Shown: positions 9,095 to 18,542 of the stretch, piece by piece
Layout of the letters: every line of letters starts with the position of its first letter
How positions within the stretch are numbered: position 1 is the stretch's first letter
Assembly: GCA_034408935.1 (NCBI GenBank)
Contig: DAOUMV010000013.1
Coordinates: forward strand, 50,759-114,758
Reading direction: 5' to 3'
Source of the DNA: Dehalococcoidia bacterium
Lineage (GTDB): Bacteria; Chloroflexota; Dehalococcoidia; SM23-28-2; RBG-16-64-32
Length of the DNA: 64,000 nt
Notes under the pieces: model-generated
Databases searched by the model: none
What the model was told of the DNA's origin: nothing
The model's input: the letters and a program-made list of their open reading frames with translations, nothing else
Made by a program: the position numbers and the translations under genes

Positions 9095-9572
9095 TCTCGG
9101 CTCCAGGCGGCGGAGGCTTGGCGAAGATCGAATATCCCAGCAGCAGGACAGCGATGCCTATGACGATGGAGGAGTCGGCCACGTTGAAGGCTGGCCAGAA
9201 CGGGAAGTCGATGAAGTCGGTGACTCTCCCCAGGCGCAGCCGATCCACCAAGTTGCCGATGGCGCCCCCCAGCATCATCCCGATGGCGGCGGGCGCCACC
9301 AGATGCTCGAAGGGCGGGTACCGATAGTACAGGTAGATGGCGGCCAAGCCGATTACCGTGGTAACGATGAGAAACCCGGTCTGATCCTTAAGTATCCCGA
9401 AGGCAGCGCCAGTATTAGTGACATAATGCAGGCGCACAGGCCAGCCGTCCGGCCACGCGTCCCCGCGGTCCATAAGCGTCCGTACCAGTTCCTTGCTGGC
9501 CTGGTCCAGGGCCAGGACGACGAGGGCAGCACCGATGAATAGGAAGCGGCGCAAGCGGGACGTAGTGGGCAT
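9066..9572 (-). CDS. lspA: Lipoprotein signal peptidase II
   Basis: Four TM helices; conserved NTGAAFG and FNVADS motifs; start chosen at MPTTSRL. Confidence 0.85.
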   Translation of the reverse strand: MPTTSRLRRFLFIGAALVVLALDQASKELVRTLMDRGDAWPDGWPVRLHYVTNTGAAFGILKDQTGFLIVTTVIGLAAIYLYYRYPPFEHLVAPAAIGMMLGGAIGNLVDRLRLGRVTDFIDFPFWPAFNVADSSIVIGIAVLLLGYSIFAKPPPPGAENEDAGTGGG

Positions 9573-9770
9573 GGGGATGACGGAGTTCGTCGCCTCGACT
9601 GTGGGCATCGCTTTCGATGATAGCACGGGCGAAGAGGGGACTGATGCCCAATGCGAGCGGCCAGGGGATGGGACAGCGGTTCGCCCGAGATACACCCAGG
9701 TTTGACGCCAGCTATGGGCGGTTGCTATCCTCAAGTCGACGCTTGCCGCGCGTTAGAAAGGCCACCGCTC

Positions 9771-10373
9771 TTGACTTTCGACCTCCTGTCCCGTCGCTCC
9801 AGAGACCGTGAGAGATACGGCGACCGCCTGCCCCCCGGCCAGAAGGTGGTGGAGGACTGGCCCGTCTTCACCTACGCGGGCACGCCGCAGATCGACACGG
9901 AAGAATGGCGGCTGCGCATTTACGGCGCCGTCGAGCGAGAAGTGCAGTTCACGTGGGAGGAGTTCCGAGCCCTACCTACCGCCACCGTCACCTGCGACAT
10001 CCACTGCGTGACCTCATGGAGCCGCATGGACAACCGGTTCGAGGGCGTCCTCTTCCGAGCGCTGCTGGAGCACTTCCGGCCCCTGCCGTCGGCCGAGGGC
10101 GTCATGGTCCACTGCTACGGCGGTTACACCACCAACGTCCCCCTGGCCGACCTCATGCAGGAGAACGTGCTCTTGGCCTACAAGCACGACGGTAAGGAGC
10201 TGACGCCGCCCCACGGCTGGCCCCTGCGGCTGGTGATACCTCATCTCTACTTCTGGAAGAGCGCCAAGTGGGTGCGCGCTCTGGAGTTCATAGAGAGAGA
10301 CGAGCCTGGCTTCTGGGAGAGGTACGGCTATCATATGCGTGGCGACCCCTGGAAAGAGGAGCGCTATTCGTGA
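9771..10373 (+). CDS. Sulfite oxidase-like molybdopterin-binding oxidoreductase (YuiH/MsrP-like catalytic domain)
   Basis: Moco-binding domain motifs (LPPGQ, CVTSWS, HGWPLRLVIPHLYFWKSAKWV); TTG start with GAAAGG RBS. Confidence 0.7.
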   Translation: MTFDLLSRRSRDRERYGDRLPPGQKVVEDWPVFTYAGTPQIDTEEWRLRIYGAVEREVQFTWEEFRALPTATVTCDIHCVTSWSRMDNRFEGVLFRALLEHFRPLPSAEGVMVHCYGGYTTNVPLADLMQENVLLAYKHDGKELTPPHGWPLRLVIPHLYFWKSAKWVRALEFIERDEPGFWERYGYHMRGDPWKEERYS

Positions 10374-11353
10374 CCGCCGGCTCCGCTATCGACGCTATCG
10401 ACCGGCGGCTGCTGACCCTGATCCAGAAGAACTTCCCTCTCGTGGTGCGCCCCTTCGCGGTCATCGGCGAACAGCTCGGCATCAGCGAGGAGGATGCCCT
10501 GGCACGAACCCGACACCTGAAGGGGGCCGGGATCATCCGCCAAATCAGCGCCATCTTCGATAGCCGACGCCTGGGATACTCCAGCACCCTCGTCGCCATG
10601 GACATCCCGGAGGAGCACATCGACGAGTCGGCCAATCGCATCTCGGAGCACCCCGGCGTTAGCCACAACTACAAGCGCGATCACTCCTTCAACCTCTGGT
10701 TCACCTTGACCCTGCCGCCCGGCACCGACCTGGAGGCGGAGGTGGCCCAACTGTCAGCGGGGGCGGAAGCACGGCGGGCGCGCATCCTCCCCGCGCTGCG
10801 TCTGTTCAAGATCGGAGTGGAGCTGGATGTGGAGCGGGGTGCCAACGTGGCCGAAGAGAGGCAGCCCAGCAAGGAGTCGCCCCGGAGCTTGACGGAAGAT
10901 GATCTGGACTACGTGCGCGTCCTCCAGCAGGACCTGCCCCTGGAGCCCACCCCCTTCCAGGGCTGGGCGGAAAGCCTGGGCGTCCCCCAGAACGAGATGT
11001 TCGCCAGGGCCAAAGACTTCGAAGCGTCCGGTGTAATGCGACGCTTCGCCGCCGTCCTCCGACACCAGAAGGCGGGCTTCGTGGCCAACGGAATGATCTG
11101 CTGGCGCATCCCTGAGGAGCAGCTCCCCGATCTCGGCTATCGCCTCGCCTCCTATCCGCAGGTGAGCCACTGCCTCCAGCGCCCCCTCTATCCTGACTGG
11201 CCCTACAACGTCTACTCCATGGTGCACGCTCGTAGCCGCAGAGGGTGCAAGGAGATCGCCCGGCGGATGTCTCAGGAGATCGGCGTCGACGACTACGTCA
11301 TCCTGTATAGCACCAAGGAGTATAGAAAAAAGCGGGTCCGGTACTACGTCTAG
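10370..11353 (+). CDS. Fused tandem Lrp/AsnC-type protein, siroheme decarboxylase (NirDL/AhbAB)-like
   Basis: Two HTH + ligand-binding repeats; HPGVSHNYKR and YPQVSHCLQR motifs typical of NirD/AhbA family; GTG start overlaps upstream stop (GTGA). Confidence 0.55.
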   Translation: MTAGSAIDAIDRRLLTLIQKNFPLVVRPFAVIGEQLGISEEDALARTRHLKGAGIIRQISAIFDSRRLGYSSTLVAMDIPEEHIDESANRISEHPGVSHNYKRDHSFNLWFTLTLPPGTDLEAEVAQLSAGAEARRARILPALRLFKIGVELDVERGANVAEERQPSKESPRSLTEDDLDYVRVLQQDLPLEPTPFQGWAESLGVPQNEMFARAKDFEASGVMRRFAAVLRHQKAGFVANGMICWRIPEEQLPDLGYRLASYPQVSHCLQRPLYPDWPYNVYSMVHARSRRGCKEIARRMSQEIGVDDYVILYSTKEYRKKRVRYYV

Positions 11354-11441
11354 CGAGATGAGCCGCTGGCGCTGCGCGGGCGCGCCGACGCCCGCACCGG
11401 TGTTTGACCCCCGCTGACGGCCCTCGGTAGAATCTGCCTGT

Positions 11442-11879
11442 ATGGACGACTACGGGCTCGATCTGGACGAGGTGGCGCGCGTCATTGACGGCGCCGCCGT
11501 TCTGGTGATCCGCTTCGCCATCCTGGACAAGCGTCTGCTCATCGACGCCCGCACGAGCGAGGACGAGGGCCCGCTCATCGCCATCGTCTCCAAGGCCAGC
11601 TCCGTGGAGGAGCGCTTTAAGTCCCTGAAGAAGATGCGCCCCCGCCTTCCCCTGCCTGACAAGATCATGTCCTTCATGTGGCCGCGGCAGATGGAGACGT
11701 TCCGTGCCTCCGGGTTGTGGGACAAGATCGAAGCCCGAATGGTGAGCCTGGGCGGCGAGGAGATGGTCAAGATCTGCCAGTCCGTGTTTGAGGAGCTAGA
11801 GCGGGAGGAGAAGGCGGAGGTGATGACCGCCATCCGTGGCGGTGAGACCTACCAGTCCCTGTGGGAGCGCTCCCGCTAG
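11442..11879 (+). CDS. Hypothetical protein (145 aa)
   Basis: Clean ORF with coding bias; no recognised domain. Confidence 0.45.
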   Translation: MDDYGLDLDEVARVIDGAAVLVIRFAILDKRLLIDARTSEDEGPLIAIVSKASSVEERFKSLKKMRPRLPLPDKIMSFMWPRQMETFRASGLWDKIEARMVSLGGEEMVKICQSVFEELEREEKAEVMTAIRGGETYQSLWERSR

Positions 11880-11957
11880 CGGGGGCCGATCTTGAGCGCA
11901 GGCCTGCCCGCCTGTGGCGGGGCCGCCGCATCAGGTCGGGGCCCTTTTTGTTGAGCG

Positions 11958-12989
11958 ATGAAGACGATTGACCTGAGGAGTGACACCGTCACCCTGCCGT
12001 CGCCGGAGATGCGGCAGGCGATCGCTGAGGCTGAGCTGGGAGACGACGTGTTTGGGGATGACCCCACCGTCAACCGTCTGCAGACGATGGCGGCGGAGGT
12101 CCTGGGCAAGGAGGCCGCCCTCCTCACCACCAGCGGCACCCAGAGCAACCTGGCGGCGATGCTGGCCCACTGCCAGCGCGGCGACGAGGTCATCGTCGGC
12201 GACGAGGCGCACATCCTGCACTACGAGGTAGGGGGCGCCTTCGCCCTGGGCGGACTCGGCCTGCGGCCCGTCGGCAACGACGACCAGGGACGGCTGAACC
12301 TGGAGGAGGTGCGGAGCGCCATCCGCGGCCGCGACGTCCACTTCCCTCCCACCGGGCTCATCTGCGTGGAGAACACGCACAACCGCTGCGGTGGCGCCGT
12401 CCTTGGCGAGGACGACCTGGCCGCCGTACACCACCTGGCCGATGAGTACAGCCTACCGGTGCACATGGATGGGGCACGGGTGTTCAACGCTGCCGTGGCC
12501 CTGGGGGTGGCCGCGTCCCGCCTAGCGCGCTACGCGGACTCCGTGGCCTTCAGCCTGTGCAAGGGGCTCGCCTGTCCCGTGGGGTCCGTCCTCTGTGGCA
12601 GCGAAGAGTTCATCGCCCGGGCGCGGCGCTTCCGCAAGATGCTCGGGGGCGGCATGCGCCAGGCGGGGATCATCGCCGCCGCCGGCGTCTACGCTCTCGA
12701 GAATATGGTGGACCGCCTGGCCGAGGACCATGACAACGCCCGCCTTCTGGCGGAAGGCCTGTCCAGCATCCCCGGCATCAGCCTGACGCCGCCGCCGCAG
12801 AGCGACCTGGTCTTCTTCATCGCCGAGGGGTGGGACCTGGGGGAACTGGTTCGCCGCCTGGGCGAGCGGGGCGTCCTCTGCCTGGACGAAGGCGGCCGCA
12901 TCCGCATGGTCACTCACTACGGCATCGAGCGCCGCGACGTTGAGGAAGTGCTGGTTCGAGTACGGGAGCTGATGGCAGCAGGAGCGTGA
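11958..12989 (+). CDS. ltaE: Low-specificity L-threonine aldolase (PLP-dependent)
   Basis: Threonine aldolase family signature (LRSDTVT, TSGTQSNLAA, PLP-lysine region). Confidence 0.85.
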   Translation: MKTIDLRSDTVTLPSPEMRQAIAEAELGDDVFGDDPTVNRLQTMAAEVLGKEAALLTTSGTQSNLAAMLAHCQRGDEVIVGDEAHILHYEVGGAFALGGLGLRPVGNDDQGRLNLEEVRSAIRGRDVHFPPTGLICVENTHNRCGGAVLGEDDLAAVHHLADEYSLPVHMDGARVFNAAVALGVAASRLARYADSVAFSLCKGLACPVGSVLCGSEEFIARARRFRKMLGGGMRQAGIIAAAGVYALENMVDRLAEDHDNARLLAEGLSSIPGISLTPPPQSDLVFFIAEGWDLGELVRRLGERGVLCLDEGGRIRMVTHYGIERRDVEEVLVRVRELMAAGA

Positions 12990-13729
12990 CCGTGCTGCCC
13001 AGACGGGCTTGTCGCGCCAGGCTGCTCCTGGCGGCCCTCTCCTTCGCGATCCTGACGATGGCGGCATGCCACGGGGAGACATCCATCCTGTCCGGCGAAG
13101 AGATCGTGTCGAACATCCCTTGGCGGGCACCGGAAGAGGCCCGCTACCGCCTGCTGGACGGCGAAGAGGAGAAGGGCAACGGCATGCTCCGTATCGAATC
13201 CACAGATGGGGAGACGACCTTCAGCCAGGAGTTCGAAAGCGAGAAGTTCCGCGATGAGGTAGTGGCGGTCGCGGACGCCCAGACGTTGCGGCCCAGGTCC
13301 GTTCAACGGGTGATCGAGGGGCCCGAAGGGCCGCGGCGCTGGGAGGTGGAGTACCAGGACAGCACCGCGCTGGTTATCCAGCGTAGCGAAGACGATGAGC
13401 GCCGCGACGAGGTCTCCGTCCCCGCCCACTCCTACGATAGCTGGACCGACATCTTCCTCTGGCGCACCATAGACTTTCACGAGGGGTACGAAGCCACGTA
13501 TACGGATGTGCTCTCCGCCACCCTCGCCGAGCCGCAAGTCATCTCTCAGACGCTGCAGGTGACCGGCAGGGAGACCGTGGAAGTGCCCGCGGGGACGTTT
13601 CAGGCCTGGCGGCTGGAGATCCGCACCTCCGCCGGTAGGCAGAAAGCGTGGTTCGCCGACGATGAGGCGCGGACCTTGGTCCGCTACGACAACGGGGACC
13701 TCATGTTCGAGCTGCTATCAGTCGAGTGA
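12986..13729 (+). CDS. Putative lipoprotein of unknown function
   Basis: Signal peptide with lipobox LTMAAC; start overlaps ltaE stop. Confidence 0.55.
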   Translation: MTVLPRRACRARLLLAALSFAILTMAACHGETSILSGEEIVSNIPWRAPEEARYRLLDGEEEKGNGMLRIESTDGETTFSQEFESEKFRDEVVAVADAQTLRPRSVQRVIEGPEGPRRWEVEYQDSTALVIQRSEDDERRDEVSVPAHSYDSWTDIFLWRTIDFHEGYEATYTDVLSATLAEPQVISQTLQVTGRETVEVPAGTFQAWRLEIRTSAGRQKAWFADDEARTLVRYDNGDLMFELLSVE

Positions 13730-13969
13730 GGGGGCCAGCGGGGTCACCAGCGGGCCTGGAGTCAGATGGGGTGAGCCCACCGGGCTGGGCTCGGACTCCT
13801 CGGCGGGCGAAGGCGAGGCCGTGGGCAAGGGCTGGACCGGCGGCGACGAGTGGGGCTCAGAGTTGCCGCCCACATCGGCGATGAACTCGAAGAAGATAAC
13901 AAAGGCCGCCAGCAGCAGCAGAATCGGCCAAAGCAGACGAACCTGAAGAATTCGCAGTAGCCTGGACAT
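13718..13969 (-). CDS. Small membrane protein with Pro-rich tail (83 aa)
   Basis: Hydrophobic helix LLWPILLLLAAFVIFFEFI; internal Met start; weak. Confidence 0.25.
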   Translation of the reverse strand: MSRLLRILQVRLLWPILLLLAAFVIFFEFIADVGGNSEPHSSPPVQPLPTASPSPAEESEPSPVGSPHLTPGPLVTPLAPSLD

Positions 13970-13985
13970 GGAGGCTCCCTTGCCT

Positions 13986-14008
13986 AACCGCTTTTGCTGC
14001 ATATAATA
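13986..14008 (+). promoter_or_regulatory. Putative promoter of orphan response regulator (TTGCCT-N17-TATAAT)
   Basis: Consensus -10 TATAAT 22 nt upstream of ATG. Confidence 0.4.
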
Positions 14009-14030
14009 GGCTAGTTGACCCGTCAAAGCT

Positions 14031-14708
14031 ATGCCTTGCGTACTGCTCGTCACTCGCGATCCTAGTACGGAGACGCTGGCCGAGCGTGCCCTCTCTGCCA
14101 GCGGGCACGAGGTCATTGCCGTGCGCACCAGTGAGGCCGCCATCCGCAGGCTGTCCAACGTCCACATTGACGCCGCGGTAGTGGACAGCGCCATCGGCCA
14201 ACGGGGGGTGAAGGAGTTCTGCAGCTGGCTCCGCAGCGGCAAGGACAGCTCCCCGATCGTGCTTCTCACATCCGCTGGGACCCGCTGGCTGACAGACCTG
14301 TTCCCCGTCGATCCGGGCCGCGATCAGACCGTGACCAAGCCGTGCGAAGGGAAGGAGATCCGCCGCGCTGTAGAGAAGACGCTGGCCGCCGCCGGAGGGG
14401 CACGGCCGGAGGTGATCAGTATCGGCAACCTAGCTCTGGACCGGAACTCCCACGAGCTACGCGGCGATGGCGTGACCGCGCAGTTGACGCCCACGGAGTT
14501 CCGCTTGATGTGCTACCTGGTGCAGCAGCGCGGCAGCGTCGTCTCCGCGGAGGAGTTGCTGGAGAAGGTCTGGGAGTTCTTCCCCGGCACCGGCTCGTCA
14601 GAGCTGGTGCGGTCTCACGTGCGCAACCTGCGGATCAAGCTCCGGATCGTGAACGGCACAGCGGATCTGGTGCAAACGGTACCGCGGAGAGGTTACCGTT
14701 TGGCCTGA
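14031..14708 (+). CDS. OmpR-family response regulator (atypical receiver, orphan)
   Basis: Winged-helix C-terminus (LTPTEFRLMCYLVQQRG...VPRRGYRL); receiver with D~52, T, K present but acidic pocket partly degenerate (RD). Confidence 0.75.
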   Translation: MPCVLLVTRDPSTETLAERALSASGHEVIAVRTSEAAIRRLSNVHIDAAVVDSAIGQRGVKEFCSWLRSGKDSSPIVLLTSAGTRWLTDLFPVDPGRDQTVTKPCEGKEIRRAVEKTLAAAGGARPEVISIGNLALDRNSHELRGDGVTAQLTPTEFRLMCYLVQQRGSVVSAEELLEKVWEFFPGTGSSELVRSHVRNLRIKLRIVNGTADLVQTVPRRGYRLA

Positions 14709-14737
14709 TCCGCCGCAGGATATAATGGTGTGGTTGG

Positions 14738-14811
14738 GCGGGCGTAGCTCAGTGGTAGAGCTCCTGCCTTCCAAGCAGGTCACACGGGTTCGATTCCCGT
14801 CGCCCGCTCCA
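14738..14811 (+). tRNA. tRNA-Gly (anticodon UCC)
   Basis: GCGGGCGUAGCUCAGUGGUAGAGC..., anticodon loop CUUCCAA, T-loop GGTTCGATTCC, CCA encoded. Confidence 0.85.
14767..14811 (+). repeat. attL (45-bp, 3' half of tRNA-Gly)
   Basis: CCTTCCAAGCAGGTCACACGGGTTCGATTCCCGTCGCCCGCTCCA identical to 18900-18944. Confidence 0.8.
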
Positions 14812-14868
14812 TTTGACAATTAGCCGCTCATCTGCGAATCTAAAAGTGCCAAGTTTCGGAGGTGAGCG

Positions 14869-15822
14869 ATGACCAAGCAAGACACCACCCTGCACCGGAA
14901 AGCGCCTAATGTTACCCTGCCCGACGAACCCCTTGTGACCGGCTGGGAGCTTGCCATGAGGGCGTCGGGGCGGGCCGACAAGACGTTGACGACCTACCTT
15001 GACACCCTGAATGCCCTGCGCCGCTTCCTGGCCGAGCGGGGGATGCCGGGGCTGACGGAGGTGACGACGGAGCACCTGCGCGAGTGGTTCAACGATCTGT
15101 ACCAGCGCGGGAACAAGCCCGCTACCGTCAGCGTCAGGTATCGGGCCATGCAGCAGTTCTTCAAGTGGCTCGTGACGGAGGGGGAGCGCAAGGACAATCC
15201 CCTAGAGCGAGTGGCCCCGCCCAAGGTGCCGGAGGAGCTTCAGCCCGACTATAAGCCGGAAGACATCGAGGCGATCCTCGCGGCGATCCCCGCCAACAGC
15301 AAGGACCCGCTCCTGTTGCGGGATCGGGCGATCCTTCTCACTCTGTATGACACCGGCCTGCGGGGGGCGGAGCTATGCGGCGTCATGGTCGATGATCTCG
15401 ATTGGCGCGAGTTGACGATCACCGTGCGACAAGGCAAAGCGGGCAAGCAGCGGGTCGTCAGCATCGGCCCCGTCGCGGCTCAGGCCATCGAACGCTACCT
15501 CCGGCGTCGGGGCATCGATGTTCCTTATCTCTTTGCTACGCGAGAGCAAGGCCCGATGACGCCCAACGCCATCAGGCAGATTCTAGGTCGGTTGTTCAAG
15601 CGGGCGGGCGTAGAGTTCAGGGGCACCCACGGCTTCCGGCGATCTTTCGCCCTGCAATTCCTGAACAACGGCGGCGACCCCTCCGACCTGCGGGCGATCT
15701 GTGGCTGGTCAAGCTATGCTATGCTTCGACGGTACACTGCCGCACAGGAGACGGAGCGGGCGATCCGCGCTCACCGCAAATACTCCCCTGCGTCGCATCT
15801 CAGGTTGAAGGGAAAGCGCTGA
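14869..15822 (+). CDS. int: Tyrosine-type site-specific integrase
   Basis: N-terminal SAM-like domain; catalytic R..HxxR..Y region (LRDRAILLTLYDTGLRGAEL, HGFRRSFA, LRRYT). Confidence 0.88.
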   Translation: MTKQDTTLHRKAPNVTLPDEPLVTGWELAMRASGRADKTLTTYLDTLNALRRFLAERGMPGLTEVTTEHLREWFNDLYQRGNKPATVSVRYRAMQQFFKWLVTEGERKDNPLERVAPPKVPEELQPDYKPEDIEAILAAIPANSKDPLLLRDRAILLTLYDTGLRGAELCGVMVDDLDWRELTITVRQGKAGKQRVVSIGPVAAQAIERYLRRRGIDVPYLFATREQGPMTPNAIRQILGRLFKRAGVEFRGTHGFRRSFALQFLNNGGDPSDLRAICGWSSYAMLRRYTAAQETERAIRAHRKYSPASHLRLKGKR

Positions 15823-15990
15823 GAGAGCCACGAGAACGTTAGGCCAGACGACCGGCTGGCACACCCGCTGGCCGGTCGTTCGTATCTGGGGCTGACTGTC
15901 AAGCGTGCTCCCTGAGTCGCCCTGACGCCCTGAGAAGCACGAGAAGGGCCGTGTATTCGAGGGGGCGCAGCCGAGGTCACACTTGGGCCG

Positions 15991-16422
15991 CTAGCCGCCC
16001 TCGCGGTGCCATTCCGCGATGCGACGCTGGAAAGCCTCTAGCTCGCTCTCCTCCGGCTCGTCTAGATAGATATAGATCGTGCCATCCGGCCCGACTTCCA
16101 CATCCCTTTCGGGGCGACGCACGCGACGGTTGAAGCGTTGGATCGCTACTCTCATTCGGTCGGGAGCGTTGGCATCATCGGGAGGATCGGCCACCCTGGA
16201 GCAGAGTTCGTCCCAGATTTCCTCTGCGCTCTTCTTGCGGTAGGGAGGCAGGCAAGCCGTCAACTGCTGGTGGAGCCAAGCTTGGGCATCGCGTGTGGTG
16301 TTCTTACGGGGACGGCCACGCTTGCGCCGCTCCCGTTTGGGCCGACCTACGGGAGCTTCCCACACAGTCTCCCATCTGCGCCCGTCGCGGTCGTGTCTAA
16401 CCAGTGGCCTATGCCGCCCCAT
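15991..16422 (-). CDS. Element-encoded basic protein with AT-hook-like GRP motifs
   Basis: VGRPKRERRKRGRPRKN; possibly leaderless (TAAAAT 6 nt upstream of ATG). Confidence 0.4.
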   Translation of the reverse strand: MGRHRPLVRHDRDGRRWETVWEAPVGRPKRERRKRGRPRKNTTRDAQAWLHQQLTACLPPYRKKSAEEIWDELCSRVADPPDDANAPDRMRVAIQRFNRRVRRPERDVEVGPDGTIYIYLDEPEESELEAFQRRIAEWHREGG

Positions 16423-16788
16423 ATGTCAATTTTAGCATGGGTTTCTGTTCGTGACTCCTAGGGGGAGAGCGTGCAGACTGGAGGCATGAACGCCGACGAT
16501 CCGCTGGATGCCAAGCTACGGGAGGAGCGAAATAGGCGGGCCAACCTCCGCCGCAGGCTCGCGGCCCTGGCCCAACACCGCGCAGCCCGACTGCCCGACG
16601 GCAGGTCGGCTATCGCCGTCAAGGGTGGGCTGATCGGAGGCAGGCGTCGAGCGGAGCAACACCCTGGCGGGCCGAAGGGACTAGGCACCGAGCTAGCCGC
16701 CCGGAGGTGGCATCCCAGCCTCTTCAGACACGACGGCGGCACAGGAGTTGCAGATCGTCGTGGTCAACGACCTACCCGCCGTGCCGTA

Positions 16789-16837
16789 AAAAACCGACAA
16801 GAAAACCCTCTAAGGACAGGGGCATCGTCGGTTTTTA
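16789..16837 (+). terminator. Terminator-like hairpin (AAAACCGAC...GTCGGTTTTT)
   Basis: 10-bp outer stem with inner 4-bp stem, followed by T-run; lies inside six-frame ORF 16471..16899, arguing that ORF is not coding. Confidence 0.35.
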
Positions 16838-16916
16838 AGGGCGGACAACCGAATACGCAGAGGATGGTGGCGCTAGGCGGGAGCGCCCTGCACCTGTGAC
16901 ACCGAGAGGAGGTTCA

Positions 16917-17429
16917 ATGATGAAGCCAATCGAGGTCAAGTTGACCAACGCCGAGATCGCTGCGGCGAAAGCGGAAGCGAGAATCATCCGAAAGGGGGCG
17001 GAACGGCGAGACCTGCCGACCGAGTTCTTAGGCGAGGCATGGGTGTTCATGATACACTGGGCCTTTCTCAAATACGTCGCGTTGCACACAGACCTGACCG
17101 TTGCAGGCGGCCTTCCCTACATCGGCCCGGCTGAACGCTTCCCGGTTCATTTTGTGCTCCATCGCGGGGATGAGCGGATTGAGGTAGACCTTCGCCCTGT
17201 GAGCGAGAAGCAACTCGCCAGCTACCCCTTTGTGGATTGGTCAGAGTGGAGACGCCAGCACATTCGACAATTCACAGTGATCGCCGTGGTGAGGGACAGC
17301 CATGTCACCTTTCGAGGAGCGGCAAAGGCAGAGGACTTGCTTGCAGCGATGGAACCTCACCCTGAAAGCGACTATCGGACGCGGCTCAACGTATTCCGTC
17401 TCGAAACGCTTCACGAGTTGCTACGCTAG
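16917..17429 (+). CDS. Element-encoded hypothetical protein (170 aa)
   Basis: Strong RBS GAGAGGAGG 6 nt upstream of ATG; no recognised domain. Confidence 0.5.
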   Translation: MMKPIEVKLTNAEIAAAKAEARIIRKGAERRDLPTEFLGEAWVFMIHWAFLKYVALHTDLTVAGGLPYIGPAERFPVHFVLHRGDERIEVDLRPVSEKQLASYPFVDWSEWRRQHIRQFTVIAVVRDSHVTFRGAAKAEDLLAAMEPHPESDYRTRLNVFRLETLHELLR

Positions 17430-18047
17430 CGCCTTTGACGACGTTCGACCCCTTTAGCTCCTCAGTCCGCTCCCTTACGATGTTGCGGGCTGCCCCCTGT
17501 CGATTCGGCCTTCGGCCTCTTCGACAGGCATTTCGTTGGCTGGGGCGTGTTAGTCCTGTGAGAGCGACTAGCCCAAGGTTAGCCCGCCCTGACATCACCA
17601 TGAACGCCTAATTGAGCCGTGCCGGAGGCCCGATCTGGCCCCGATTCGTATCTACGGCGGGTAGGCAGACGACCCCCTAACTGCCCAGCAGGTAGCCGTA
17701 GGGCTGTGCCATTCGGCGTGTGTGAAAGACCTTCCGGTAAGGTGGGGGTGCCCAAAAGGAAGATCGCTGAGGCCGTGCGAGCCTCTGCTGTGCAACCCGA
17801 CGCTCTTGCCGAACGCCCTCCGCCGAAATGCGTTAGTGCGGCTAGGACTAGAGGGAATTGGGAAGTAATGTTCTAGCGCAGGTCGCGGGTTCGAGTCCTG
17901 CCGCAGCGCCCCGTTGACATCTTCCCAGAACGGGCGCACAATCGGGCCAGCGGGCGGGCGTTAGGCACGGTCTTGCGTTGCGAGGCCGGAGGTTTGTCCG
18001 CCGCTGTGCAATTGGGACGCGCGGGCGCTGATCAAAGGGGGTCGGAC

Positions 18048-18542
18048 GTGCGTATCGCCGGATTGTCAATCCTGCTTTCAGCCCTGCTGACCGTGGCGTG
18101 TACCGGCGGCGGCACCAGTGATGGGCAATCACCGACTGTTGACCCTACACAACCACCGATGCAAACGATACGGGGCACGCTGACACTTACTGAGGGATTC
18201 TACCCACCGCGCTATCAACCATGGGGTGAAACGCTCTACTTCGACGGAGACCTATGCTATGGGAAAGGCGGCTATGACGATATCAAGGAGGGAGCGCAAG
18301 TGACAATTCGGGACGAGACGGATACCGTCATCGCGGCTGGACGCCTGTCGGAGGGCCAGATTAAGACAACAGAACTAGGTCTCGACCTCGTGTCTGCCGA
18401 CTGCATCTTTCTATTTGAAGTGACCGACGTTCCTTCAGCCAACTTCTACACGGTCGAAGTGAGCCACCGTGGGGGTCTCACCTATTCCCTTGATGAGATG
18501 GACGCCCTCGACTGGGAAGTCTCCCTCTCATTGGGAGACTAA
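18048..18542 (+). CDS. Element-encoded putative lipoprotein
   Basis: GTG start with AAAGGGGG RBS; signal peptide + lipobox LTVAC; Cys-rich mature domain. Confidence 0.5.
   Translation: MRIAGLSILLSALLTVACTGGGTSDGQSPTVDPTQPPMQTIRGTLTLTEGFYPPRYQPWGETLYFDGDLCYGKGGYDDIKEGAQVTIRDETDTVIAAGRLSEGQIKTTELGLDLVSADCIFLFEVTDVPSANFYTVEVSHRGGLTYSLDEMDALDWEVSLSLGD

Noticed and set aside
14598-14819. ORFs 14598..14819 and 18877..19176 (both minus) with near-identical peptides
   Set aside because: They are translations of the complementary strand of tRNA-Gly and of its 45-bp att repeat, not genes.
16471-16899. 142-aa ORF inside the island
   Set aside because: Low-complexity Arg/Gly-rich sequence with no RBS, and it contains a terminator-like hairpin plus T-run (16789-16837). 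More likely non-coding.
17885-17901. GCGGGTTCGAGTCCTGC, a tRNA T-arm-like motif inside the island
   Set aside because: No matching acceptor, D or anticodon arms could be built around it. Probably a chance match or a decayed tRNA fragment; noted only as a possible remnant.
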